Source: Nitrospirota bacterium
GTDB taxonomy: Bacteria; Nitrospirota; UBA9217
Assembly (NCBI GenBank): GCA_963737155.1
Contig: CAVTRN010000002.1
Coordinates: 608,001-672,000 of the forward strand
DNA length: 64,000 nt
Direction of reading: 5' to 3'
Of the stretch, positions 11,091 through 21,061 are shown piece by piece. A program made the position numbers and the translations under genes. Below the pieces are notes generated by a model. It did no database searches and had not been told where the DNA came from. It saw nothing but the letters and a program-made list of their open reading frames with translations. The first letter of the stretch is position 1, and every line of letters starts with the position of its first letter.

Positions 11091-11867
11091 ATGAAAAGAT
11101 CTCAGGGTGTTGCAATTGTTTCCGCAGTGTTGATTATGTTTTTTTTCGCGCCTGCATCTCGGGCAGCTGGAAAAAGTGACGAGAACGTTGCCGAATGCCT
11201 CCAGCTTGAGAGGAAAGATGCAGACTCACTCGTCAAAAAAATCGTACCCGAGGGCAACACTGTGGATGTTAAAGAGTCGCCTGTCAAGGGGGTGTGGCAG
11301 ATCGATGTTGAAAAAGGCGGGCAGCGCGGGTCAATCTTTCTAGATTGCTCGAGAAAATACTTGGTCCAACTCGTGGAGCTCGATGCCTACCTCAAGCAGA
11401 TGCAGGCCCAGCAAACCCCTCAGAAAGTTGATGTCTCGAAAATTCTTCTCGATGACTCTATTACGGTGGGCGCGAAGACCGCAGTAAAAAAAGTGATAGT
11501 ATTCAGCGATCCGGATTGTCCTTATTGCAGGAGGCTCCACAAGAGCATAAGTCAGATCATTGTGAAGAGGCCGGATGTTGCTTTTATTGAGATTCTTTAT
11601 CCTTTGCCGATGCACAAGGATTCCCCCAAAAAAGTCCAGTCTATCCTGTGCTCTAAATCCGTGGAAATGCTCGATGACGCTTTCTCGGGAAAGACGATCC
11701 CCGAGCCACCCACGAACTGTACGACGGCTGCGATGGAGCGAAATACAGCGCTTGCCCAGTCGCTCAATTTCAGTGGCACGCCGACTATAGTGCGCGATGA
11801 CGGGACTGTGATGTCCGGAGCTCTCCCGGAAGACAAGCTGCTTGAGTGGATCGACAAAAAACAGTAA
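11091..11867 (+). CDS. dsbC: DsbC-family thiol:disulfide interchange protein
   Basis: Signal peptide, FSDPDCPYC active site and GTPT motif; start placed at the ATG after AGGAGG. Confidence 0.85.
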   Translation: MKRSQGVAIVSAVLIMFFFAPASRAAGKSDENVAECLQLERKDADSLVKKIVPEGNTVDVKESPVKGVWQIDVEKGGQRGSIFLDCSRKYLVQLVELDAYLKQMQAQQTPQKVDVSKILLDDSITVGAKTAVKKVIVFSDPDCPYCRRLHKSISQIIVKRPDVAFIEILYPLPMHKDSPKKVQSILCSKSVEMLDDAFSGKTIPEPPTNCTTAAMERNTALAQSLNFSGTPTIVRDDGTVMSGALPEDKLLEWIDKKQ

Positions 11868-12040
11868 CCTCTGAGCTAGCGGTAAGATTGCAAGGGTTTG
11901 AGGGCGAAGGCAGGCTCGGCAGCCGACGAGGAGACCGCTGAACTGGATGACGATTTATCACGGCACCCTAAAAAAAACGTGGAATATAATGCTGGCATCG
12001 GCTTTAGTTTATGGCCAGAATGTCCACTAGGTATTAAGTG

Positions 12041-12313
12041 ATGCCTAAAGACATAATCATAACGTACAGTCCATGGTATGTAGATCGACTGCCGCATATC
12101 GTGACGGATGGGTACGGACAGGCAACCAGCGCTATCTCTGCTTGATGTCCGGAAAGCAGATCACCAATGGTTTTCGCACGGGAGTCAAGAAAACCTTCAG
12201 GCTTTGTCTGCGGCAACATCATGCATCTATAGGGGGTTGACCACACAACTGTAAGTTTGAGGTATTCGCGATATCCTGACTGCAGGACATGCACAAAAGT
12301 TTCGATGAGCTGA
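12041..12313 (+). pseudogene. Decayed small double zinc-ribbon protein (InsA-like ribbon + topoisomerase C4-like finger)
   Basis: Across frameshifts it reads ..VCRSTAAYRDGWVRTGNQRYLCLMSGKQ.. and ..VCGNIMHL*..LRYSRYPDCRT.. Confidence 0.5.
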
Positions 12314-12412
12314 AGCCGTAAGCTCATTTCTTAAGCGCTGATAATGAAGCATATCGGAAATCGGTATGAGCATCTCTATCTATTCTTCCAAAGTTCGGAT
12401 CAACAAACATCA

Positions 12413-13633
12413 ATGGCAAAACTTGAATTTCCAAAAGGATTCTTCTGGGGAGCATCAACAGCCAGCCATCAGGTTGAGGGAAACACTCAAAACCAATGGA
12501 GTAAATGGGAAATATCGCTGGGGCGAATGGCGCAATTGGAACACGACGGCCTCATCGCTAAATACGGTAAAGAGAACTTTATTTCCGGACCAGCGGCAGA
12601 TCACTTTAATCGTTACGAAGAGGATTTCCGCCTGGCGCAAGAGTTTGGCCATGTGGCAGCCCGGGTTTCAATCGAATGGTCTCGCGTTGAACCTCAAGAA
12701 GGGTATTTTGATGCAACAGCAATTGAGCATTACCGTCAGGTCATAGCGTCCATTCGCAAAAATGACATGGAACCCTTTGTTACGCTCTGGCACTGGACGT
12801 TTCCGATCTGGTTTAGGGACAAGGGCGGTTTTGCCACTCGAAAGAATATAAATTATTTTGCGCGGTTCGCGGAGAAGATGGTTGTTGAGCTGACGAACGT
12901 AAAGTTTTGGATCACATTAAATGAACCCGAAATATATGCGAAAAATAGTTACTCAAACGGTGTATGGCCTCCTCAAGAAAAAAGTTTGCTCGTTACTTTG
13001 AAAGTTTATTACAATCTCATCCAAGCACATCGATTAGCATATAAAAAGATGAAAGATGCTAACTCCTCTGCACAGATTGGCATCGCGAAGAATAATGCTT
13101 ATTTTAAAGTGTGTAAAAATCAGTTGCATAACGTTATCACGAAAAAATTCCTGGATTGGAGCTGGAATTATCATTTTCTTAATAAACTTTCCCGAATGCA
13201 GGATTTTATCGGACTCAATCATTATTTCTATATCCGCATAGGCATAGACCGTCAAACTAGTCAAAGTGAGAATCTTAAAACCAGTGATATGGGATGGGAA
13301 CTATACCCGGAAGCGATATATCACGTCCTTAAAGATTTAAAAAAATATAAGTTGCCGATTTATATAACCGAAAATGGTCTTGCTGATGCGGAAGATGCGC
13401 AGAGAGCATGGTTCATAAAAGAAACCTTGGTAAATGCCCATCGCGCTATTTCCGAAGGTGTCGATGTTCGCGGATATTTTTACTGGTCGCTTATGGATAA
13501 TTTTGAGTGGGATAAGGGATTCTGGCCGCGTTTCGGGTTGATTGCAATCGATTATCCAACGCAAAAACGAACACCGCGACAGTCTGCGATGGTTTACAAA
13601 GATATTTGTAAAAACAACGGATTCGAACACTAG
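12413..13633 (+). CDS. Glycoside hydrolase family 1 (beta-glucosidase/galactosidase)
   Basis: FPKGFFWGASTASHQVEG, TLNEP (acid/base), ITENG (nucleophile), DNFEW. Confidence 0.95.
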   Translation: MAKLEFPKGFFWGASTASHQVEGNTQNQWSKWEISLGRMAQLEHDGLIAKYGKENFISGPAADHFNRYEEDFRLAQEFGHVAARVSIEWSRVEPQEGYFDATAIEHYRQVIASIRKNDMEPFVTLWHWTFPIWFRDKGGFATRKNINYFARFAEKMVVELTNVKFWITLNEPEIYAKNSYSNGVWPPQEKSLLVTLKVYYNLIQAHRLAYKKMKDANSSAQIGIAKNNAYFKVCKNQLHNVITKKFLDWSWNYHFLNKLSRMQDFIGLNHYFYIRIGIDRQTSQSENLKTSDMGWELYPEAIYHVLKDLKKYKLPIYITENGLADAEDAQRAWFIKETLVNAHRAISEGVDVRGYFYWSLMDNFEWDKGFWPRFGLIAIDYPTQKRTPRQSAMVYKDICKNNGFEH

Positions 13634-14632
13634 AAATTTCTACCTATGAGTAGCCGCAACAGTTGATAATTGAGTGATATCGCTATGATTGTTTTTGGAT
13701 ACGTAAAATTTGAAAATATTTATAGATTCTCCTTAATCATCTAACAATCGAATAAAATAATACAACAAGAATTATGCTCATCAGAGGATGTAGCGATATT
13801 CAACGAGGAAAATGAACAAAGGCCAGCGCTATGATTATTGGACAGACATTGCTTTTTAGAACGATCAACATGAGCATGGTGTCGATGAGACTGGTGCGAT
13901 GGATCGAGATGGCCAAGATTTTTCTCGGGGTGCCTCTGCTTCTCTCGGGAAATTTCGCCCCCGTCTTAACATTGTCGCATTACAGGTCGTCTGCATCTTT
14001 CGCCTTGCCCTGTTTTTGCGTGAATTGACTTTGATCGTGGCCCATTCGGATTGAACGGCTATCATAATTGCGCACATTATCGAAACGCTTCTCGATATTC
14101 ACAAGCTGCACCACGCTGTACCTGTTTCTTGCCGAGGAGGGAATCGCGCTGACAACCCCTCGACACAATCCTCCTCTGGGCACCTATCATGATAGCCTGT
14201 CCTCTCAGACGTTCCTCAGGAAATCATTTATCGACATATTATGTCACCGGTACAATTCTCTATTTTCGCAAGAGAAAGAAAGCGTACTGGCAAATGCGGC
14301 ACTATATGCATTCAACTATATTCTTTTCAGAAACTGGATAGCCGTTACAGGATCATTCGTTGCAAGTTTATTCCAGGTGAAGACCTATCTGCAGGGAAGA
14401 TGTTCCTAGCTGTTTCGATTGAACAGGCCCCAACCGATGATATCGTGTTTACGCTTGACATCGGGTATTATCATGTACCGGACTTTGATTGGCATAATAA
14501 ATATCTGCAGTGCCGTGACCGGGGGATGGCTGACGTGATTTGGGTGAAAGTCGAGATACCATGGCTTAGCAAAAGAATGCGCTTCGGCATCAAATTAATT
14601 AGGGTAAATGTTATTACTGAGGAGGTGCAAAA

Positions 14633-15640
14633 ATGCGTTTACGCCAAAGTTTACTCATCTGTTGGTTTGGTGTCCTCATAACTTGCAGTCAAGCGTTCGC
14701 TTGGGGACCGGATGGCCACCATACTGTGGGTGCCATCGCAGATCGCCTGATTGCCGGTTCTCACGCCGCCCGGGAGATCAAAATGATCCTAGGTGACCTC
14801 AGCCTGCAGGACGCTTCGGTTTGGGCTGACTGTGCCAAGGGCATTGATCCTCGTAAGAACTACACCTATCAAACGGAAGGTAAATACCCGGAGTGCAAGA
14901 TTTACGAAACTCCTGCGCTGGAAGCGGAAATGAGTGACTTCGTCCGCCGAAATGACAAGAACTGCACTCCTAAACCCGGTGAGGAATCATGCCATAAACA
15001 GTATCATTACACCGACGTCGCCATTCAGCACGACCACTATGACCGTAACTTTGTCGGTACACGCGACGACGACATTGTAGCGGCGATAGCTGCTGCAACG
15101 CATGTCCTGAAAGGAGAGCCGGCACCTGTGCCCTTCAGTTTTAAAGATAAACGTGAAGCGCTCCTGGTGCTAACCCATTATGTCGGAGACATCCATCAAC
15201 CTCTGCATGTCGGCGCCGTGTACCTTGACACAAAAGGAAAGCGCATCAATCCCGACACAGGCATTTTTGATCTGAAGACCAGCACCCGCGGGGGCAATGA
15301 GATTACAGTCATAGGAGAAAGCTATAATCTTCACGCCTTGTGGGATGGTATTCCAGCGTCACTGACCGTTTCCCACATGACCGCATTCCTTATAAAGAAG
15401 GCGGCGAAGATCCCTGTCACGGATGGTCAAATTTACGACTGGCCCGCAACGTGGGCTAGCGATACAGTCGGCGTGGCCAGGCAGGCTTTTAAAGGTCTTG
15501 TATTCAGTAGCCTGCAGAACGGTCACTGGAGCACGACATTGCCAGCGACGTACAACAAAAAGATGTATAGTATGAAGCAGAAACAACTATTAAAGGCCGG
15601 TGCTCACTTAGCGCAACTGCTGCAAGCAATCTGGCAATAA
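14633..15640 (+). CDS. Secreted S1/P1 nuclease
   Basis: Signal peptide followed by WGPDGH, WAD, HYTD, HYVGDIHQPLH and LHALWD zinc-binding motifs. Confidence 0.92.
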   Translation: MRLRQSLLICWFGVLITCSQAFAWGPDGHHTVGAIADRLIAGSHAAREIKMILGDLSLQDASVWADCAKGIDPRKNYTYQTEGKYPECKIYETPALEAEMSDFVRRNDKNCTPKPGEESCHKQYHYTDVAIQHDHYDRNFVGTRDDDIVAAIAAATHVLKGEPAPVPFSFKDKREALLVLTHYVGDIHQPLHVGAVYLDTKGKRINPDTGIFDLKTSTRGGNEITVIGESYNLHALWDGIPASLTVSHMTAFLIKKAAKIPVTDGQIYDWPATWASDTVGVARQAFKGLVFSSLQNGHWSTTLPATYNKKMYSMKQKQLLKAGAHLAQLLQAIWQ

Positions 15641-15849
15641 GGTGGATGGCGGAGTTGCTATTTTCTAAATGACGCGAAGCCGTCTCATTGCAATGCATGG
15701 TATCTTATCCTTCCTAATGCTCGCGACAGTTTCATCTTTTTAGAATTGCAGAATACTTATAGAAATATGAAATCAATAGAAGCAGCCAGCTAACTAATTT
15801 AGTTAGGCATTTGAAAACACGACCCGCTCGCGAGATGCAGGAGAAATGC

Positions 15850-16734
15850 ATGAAGATCGAACATCATTTACTGCACCGTAATGGTCTGAACTGGCATGTA
15901 GTGACTACTGGGCCAGCGAAGGCACCGCCGGTCTTTCTTCTTCATTGTTGGACCGGGAACTGGACCATGTGGCAAACGACAATGGAGCGACTATCGGGCA
16001 AATATCGTTGTATCGCTCCGGACCAGCTCGGCTTCGGGCGCAGTGACAAGCCGCAGGGTAATCAGTATCGGATTGCCTGGCAAACCGAGCGAGCCAGATT
16101 TATTTTGAAATATTTCGGATGCGCTCGTGCCCACATCCTTGGTCACAGCATGGGTGGTCAAGTTGCACTTACATTGGCGGCGCAATATCCTGAAATGGTG
16201 ATGCGTCTTATCGTCATGGATCCAGTTGTTACCAAGCATTTACATCTGTTGGCCTATCCGTTAATGCTGTATCCAACCTTAGCCAGACGTGGCATCGAAT
16301 TTCCCTACCGATGGATATATACGCTGGGAAGCCGATTCCCCCAGCTGGGGATTCAACTGCTGCGGGCTTTATTTCCACACCCAAATCAGCAACGTGAAGC
16401 CGCGCTGTATTGGTTAGGGCAAATGGGAGCTGATGGGCAGCTAAATTCTTCCGCCTGGGCTGCCAAAGCCATTGTGGAGTGGAATGTGAAACCGCTGCTG
16501 AAAAACATCACCGCTCCAACGTTAGCCATTTGGGGGATGAAAGACCGGTTAGTGCCCGTGAGGCAATGTACCATCCTGGAGCAAGAGATCGCCAACTGCC
16601 GTACGATACGCATCCCCGATGTCGGACACTTTCCGATGATTGAAGCATTCGGAACGTACATTAGAGAGATCGACCGGTTTTTGGCAATGGATCGGGGTGA
16701 CATTGGAATGCAGGATAATAACGTTGAAGTATAA
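15850..16734 (+). CDS. Alpha/beta fold hydrolase
   Basis: PDQLGFGRS, GHSMGG nucleophile elbow, Asp (GMKD) and His (VGHFP); start codon uncertain. Confidence 0.9.
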   Translation: MKIEHHLLHRNGLNWHVVTTGPAKAPPVFLLHCWTGNWTMWQTTMERLSGKYRCIAPDQLGFGRSDKPQGNQYRIAWQTERARFILKYFGCARAHILGHSMGGQVALTLAAQYPEMVMRLIVMDPVVTKHLHLLAYPLMLYPTLARRGIEFPYRWIYTLGSRFPQLGIQLLRALFPHPNQQREAALYWLGQMGADGQLNSSAWAAKAIVEWNVKPLLKNITAPTLAIWGMKDRLVPVRQCTILEQEIANCRTIRIPDVGHFPMIEAFGTYIREIDRFLAMDRGDIGMQDNNVEV

Positions 16735-16924
16735 AGCTTCAATGGCAACTATCCGGTGGAGGTACTGGTAGGAGATGTTATATTCCGAGATGAAGATAAG
16801 GATTTTGGTTGAAACGAATAGTGTTGGAACACTCCCAGAAGTTGTTGCGGTCGCAATTTGTTGTAACTCAAAAACCTACAACTTGTATTTTTCAGCGCTT
16901 ACCACATAAGCCCATTCAACAATG

Positions 16925-17172
16925 TGTAATACCAAAATAGAAATGTCCTATTTCAAGATGCCAGGGCTGTTCTTCAATTGTCATAAGAGCCTGCATTAAT
17001 GCACCTGGAATTGCCCTACGTATCATAAACGACGTAAAAGCAGTGGAATCAGAGATTAATGCCCTGAGATCCCTAAACAGATCAGTTTGATTACGGCTAG
17101 AGGCGCATTTAATGTAAAAAAGTTGGACATTTCTATTTTGGCATAGTAGGACATTTCTACTTTGGGGCAACA
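16925..17172. mobile_element. 248-bp MITE derived from an IS1202-like (ISNCY) element
   Basis: TGT...ACA termini with IR TGT-N4-CCAAA(A/G)TAGAAATGTCCTA; the motif is repeated twice at the right end. A 16-bp direct repeat AGCCCATTCAACAATG flanks it at 16909-16924 and 17173-17188. Confidence 0.85.
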
Positions 17173-17240
17173 AGCCCATTCAACAATGTTGACATGGACT
17201 GGAATCAGGCATATATTCTCCGATAAGTAGCGTGATGATG

Positions 17241-17256
17241 TGGCATATTCATTGCC
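17241..17256 (+). promoter_or_regulatory. Sigma-54 promoter candidate
   Basis: TGGCATATTCATTGCC has correct spacing and lies ~105 bp upstream of the 17362 gene. Confidence 0.55.
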
Positions 17257-17361
17257 AAATAGCATCATCAAACCAGCGTAATCTAGGGAACTACACAAGG
17301 TCTGATATGGTGTCGGGCTCTACATAACTCGAATACTCAATAAGAATCTAAGGAGGCACAC

Positions 17362-17826
17362 ATGGGTTACGTAGACTCACAGCTTCTCCCCGGTGAAAAA
17401 GTTGTTTACCGCTCCAAACTTCATTGGCAAGTCTTTCTGCTTCCCGGCTTCTTCGCCAGTATCGTACTTCTTGCGTCGATATACTCATTCGTCAGTGGGA
17501 TCAAAGGAGTTGGACTGTTCTTATTAATATTGGCGGTATACTTAATTCTTGTTCCTTTCATCAAAAGGGCTAATTCAGAATTCGCGGTCACGAATAAGCG
17601 CATTATCGTCAAACTTGGGTTCTTCACGACTCGCACATTGGAGTTGCTGCACTCGAAAGTCGAAACTATCAGCGTGTATCAGGGATTGTTGGGAAAGTTG
17701 CTCGGCTATGGTGACATCGTTGTTACAGGGAGTGGCGGCACACGAGAAGAGTTTAAGGCAGTTGCATCACCACTCGAACTTCGGCGTTCTGTTCAAGCGG
17801 CATCAACGTCGGTAGCTGACGTCTGA
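17362..17826 (+). CDS. Bacterial PH-domain (bPH_2) membrane protein
   Basis: LLPGEKVVY..LHW, two TM helices, EFAVTNKRII and LLGYGDIVV; AGGAGG RBS. Confidence 0.85.
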   Translation: MGYVDSQLLPGEKVVYRSKLHWQVFLLPGFFASIVLLASIYSFVSGIKGVGLFLLILAVYLILVPFIKRANSEFAVTNKRIIVKLGFFTTRTLELLHSKVETISVYQGLLGKLLGYGDIVVTGSGGTREEFKAVASPLELRRSVQAASTSVADV

Positions 17827-18479
17827 AAAACGATTGCACTGAACACGTCTTTGCGGCAAGTGGCCATTTCTAAATCTCAAGTTGTCGTCGCGCCAGTGAA
17901 TTAACTACTTTCATGTGCCAACGGCCAGTACTTCGCGCATAATCTAAACGCTTGTTGCTGCAAGCTCGCAGGGTTATCAGCCTCCGCGATCAGCGAGGTT
18001 ATATAGAGTTCTCGTTGCAGTTAGCGGTCAAGAAACTCAAACCTTAATCTAGGCGTTCTAAGTTCCAAGCAAATAAATTATCCTGTAAAAACTGGCAACC
18101 CTAAGAAGAACATGCGATTTTAGCTCATGCCTAAAGAGTCAGGCAAGCAGCTATGTTTAAAATGATTTTATAGGCAATTCAATCTGAGATTAGGATTGCC
18201 GAAATTAATGGTTCTTTCTGATAGTTAGGCTGAATCAGACAAATTGGGAGTGCACTGAGTTTTATTCTGTATCGTTCAATGACAGGAATTAGGCAAAAAA
18301 ACTACCTGAAAAGAATAAAGACCATTGTATTATAGTATGCAGATGCTGGATTTCCGTACCAATTGGAACGAGGTATAATAATATTCTTACCTGCCTAGAT
18401 CTGATGATGTGATCCGTGTTGTTTTGCGTGCAGGGAAGTAGGTAAGTATAAGGTTTTGCGAAAAGGAGGTCAGGGTATC

Positions 18480-19043
18480 ATGAATGATCATGCTAGACTA
18501 AGAACTCTTGTCATCATGCTCTCGATCACGGTGACATTTTTCATCGCTGATTCTGTTGCAAACGCATTGACAAAAGCTGAGATTGATGTCGGCATCGCAA
18601 CGACCTTGTCCCGATTCCGGAAGGATATCAAGGGAGGCTCCGAATATCTAAAGGCAGCGAAGGGCGTGCTGGTCATGCCACACATCACTAAAGCCGCCTT
18701 CATTATCGGCGGGCAGTACGGCCAGGGTTCTCTTCAAGTCGGCGGCAAGACCGTCCAGTACTATAGCCTCGGGTCGGGCTCACTGGGATATCAGATCGGC
18801 GCCGAGCAGTACGACATGATCATTGTTTTTATGACTGAGGATGCACTTAACAAATTCCGTAAAAGTGATGGTTGGGAGGCAGGCGCGGACGCAGAAGTAG
18901 CACTTATTCATGCGGGGGCCACCGCTTCTGTTGAGACACTCAAGACTCAGCATCCCGTCGCGGGATTTGTCTTCGATCAGAAAGGTTTGATGGCAGGAGT
19001 CTCTCTCAAAGGAGACAAGTTTACACCGATTTATCCTAAGTAA
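18480..19043 (+). CDS. YSC84/SYLF lipid-binding domain protein
   Basis: AKGVLVMP..KAAFIIGGQYGQG, GYQIGA and GLMAGVSLKG; signal peptide. Confidence 0.88.
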   Translation: MNDHARLRTLVIMLSITVTFFIADSVANALTKAEIDVGIATTLSRFRKDIKGGSEYLKAAKGVLVMPHITKAAFIIGGQYGQGSLQVGGKTVQYYSLGSGSLGYQIGAEQYDMIIVFMTEDALNKFRKSDGWEAGADAEVALIHAGATASVETLKTQHPVAGFVFDQKGLMAGVSLKGDKFTPIYPK

Positions 19044-19182
19044 GACGTTTTTGCGGAAACATCTCCCGTCTGTGCTTCCACGCTACTCCTTAAGATAGGG
19101 GAACTCATAGACGCAGAACTTTAGAACTTGCTTCAAACGGACGTTCATGACGAAATGACTGGGAGTAAAAAAAGGAGGCTGT

Positions 19183-19400
19183 ATGAGGAAGATATTACTA
19201 TTGATTGCTTTCGGAGAAGGGGCCTGTATCTGATGTTCGCTCTCTTAACTCCTGCAACAAGTAATGCCGAGGTAGACGTCAATATTAAAATTGCCTTGCC
19301 CGGGGCCCAGGGCGGTTCATTCCAGCATCCCCTATGATCGTGATCCTCAATACTCATGTATATTATCCACCTGACGTTCAGGTGGCTATTTTCTATTGAC
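19183..19400 (+). pseudogene. Frameshifted small exported Pro-rich protein
   Basis: AGGAGG RBS, then a signal peptide, AEVDVNIKIALP and ..MIVILNTHVYYPPDVQVAIFY spread over different frames. Confidence 0.5.
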
Positions 19401-19439
19401 CGAACACTCGGTTTCAAGGAAAACTAAGTTCAATATTGT

Positions 19440-20015
19440 TTAGTGTTGCAACTCTCTTTTTGGCATCAGATGCTTATTTCTCTTCTTATGTAATATGATA
19501 CCGATATATATGTTCAGCAGATTGGATCTCTCGAGGAATGGAATCGGGGGTTTTCCTCTTCTCATCCCCATTTTTCGCAACTCATTTATGATGTCACTGT
19601 TCCACTGATCATAGACCAGTCCCTTAGTGAGGGCAGCCCGTGCTTCCCTTCGCTTGCCCGCTACTGCATATGCTTTGCCGAGATTATAATAGAACACCGC
19701 ATAGAACGCTTCTTCATCAAAGGACCCTTTGGTTTGGAGCTTTTCAAGCGCCTTCTGACAGGTCTCAATACCCATGCGGTATTTCTTTTCCACAATCACT
19801 AAAAGGCACCCGTAATAGGAGAGAAGGACCGGTTCGTCAGGGAAATGAATTATTGCCTGCTGCAATAATGAGAAAGCTTCCTTATGCATGCCGGCGCGCA
19901 ACTGAGCCTTCACCTGACGGAAATATTCAACCGGTTTTAAGGGAGTAAAGCTAGAATGATATAGCGTATTGGTGTGTTCTGCATGAATAGTGCTGATGTG
20001 TTCCTTCACAAGCAT
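19440..20015 (-). CDS. Tetratricopeptide-repeat protein
   Basis: TPR-like helices (FYYNLGKAY..G.RREA..AL.KGL); GGAGG RBS. Confidence 0.75.
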   Translation of the reverse strand: MLVKEHISTIHAEHTNTLYHSSFTPLKPVEYFRQVKAQLRAGMHKEAFSLLQQAIIHFPDEPVLLSYYGCLLVIVEKKYRMGIETCQKALEKLQTKGSFDEEAFYAVFYYNLGKAYAVAGKRREARAALTKGLVYDQWNSDIINELRKMGMRRGKPPIPFLERSNLLNIYIGIILHKKRNKHLMPKRELQH

Positions 20016-20576
20016 TTATCCTCCTTTGGAGTAGACATGAAACTCAGGTCATCTTGAATGCGTGGTTCAAATTTATCTAATACTAATACTCGAAAATTGG
20101 AAACTCAATTGCTCCACGGATGCCAACTTTGATTCAAACCGGTAGATGTGCTCATAAAGTAGTTAACATAGACCGTGGTCGCGCTGAAGAAAAAAAGTTG
20201 AACTTAAAAAATTACGGTCGTTATAGTTGCCTTGGCTCCTACAGTATCTGCCCTGTTTGAGCCCCACGGAAGAAAAACGTATATGTGTGCATGATAAGCA
20301 GTGAATTGATGCAGTCGAGAGGAGATACAGAACTTACTCGTTATTTGCTGGATCCGAAGTGATGACCATGTGAGCATTTCCTGCAGCTACATGAGTTCCC
20401 CGATTGTATAACGTAGTGATTGTTAAAATTGTTGGTTCACTAAACGATCATTGTCTAACGAAATCCTGTCAAATGCAATCAAACAGCTCAAGAAATATCC
20501 AGTAAAGGAACCGCTTAACAAAGCATTTTCTTTATGTTATTATGACACTTGATGTTGGTGGTCGGGTTTCAGGCAA

Positions 20577-20622
20577 CTTATATCCCGAAGTTCGTCGGGT
20601 CAAATCCGGTCGCCGCCAACAA
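20577..20622 (+). other. Degenerate copy of the 3' half of tRNA-fMet (att-site-like scar)
   Basis: CTTATATCCCGAAGTTCGTCGGGTCAAATCCGGTCGCCGCCAACAA aligns to the canonical tRNA-fMet CTCATAACCCGAAGGTCGTCGGTTCAAATCCGGCCCCCGCAACCA with about 8 differences; the 5' half is absent. Confidence 0.7.
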
Positions 20623-21061
20623 ATTTATCGAAGGGCTGCGGCATCACTGTATACCCTTGATCATTTTTATGGATCAGCATGAACTTTTGTCACAACGCGT
20701 TCCCTGCCGCCATATTAAAGTTGTAACAGAGTTATCCCGTCGGGAGAATAGTGTCAATTCGTGATATCGCCTTTCCCTCAGGCATAATAAAATATAGGAA
20801 CGGTTTCGTTCTTGATTACAAGGAGTGTATCGGCAATAAAGTCACGGCGGTTAAAAATATCTTTATGGATACAACCGTCGTCGGGATAGTGAAATCTTTT
20901 TTCGTTATGATAATTCCCCCGAGCCACGTGCACGCCAATTATAGACGTTCCCTCACCAACATCATATCGGAAAGAATAAACTCGTCGCGTCCGAGCCTGC
21001 TTTACTTGTCTGCCGTTCTGGAAGGAATCGAGGGAGCACAGACTGAATCGGAAAAATAACT

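Noticed and set aside
17826-18005. Possible degraded integron attC sites after the bPH_2 gene
   Set aside because: There is only a vague resemblance; no proper RYYYAAC/GTTRRRY pairing and no integrase.
20577-20622. Functional tRNA-Met gene
   Set aside because: The 5' half is absent, and the anticodon and T-loop are mutated; recorded only as an att-like scar.
20751-21059. ORF immediately upstream of the SNF2 helicase as a third operon member
   Set aside because: No recognisable motif, and the sequence does not look like a real protein; it cannot be supported.
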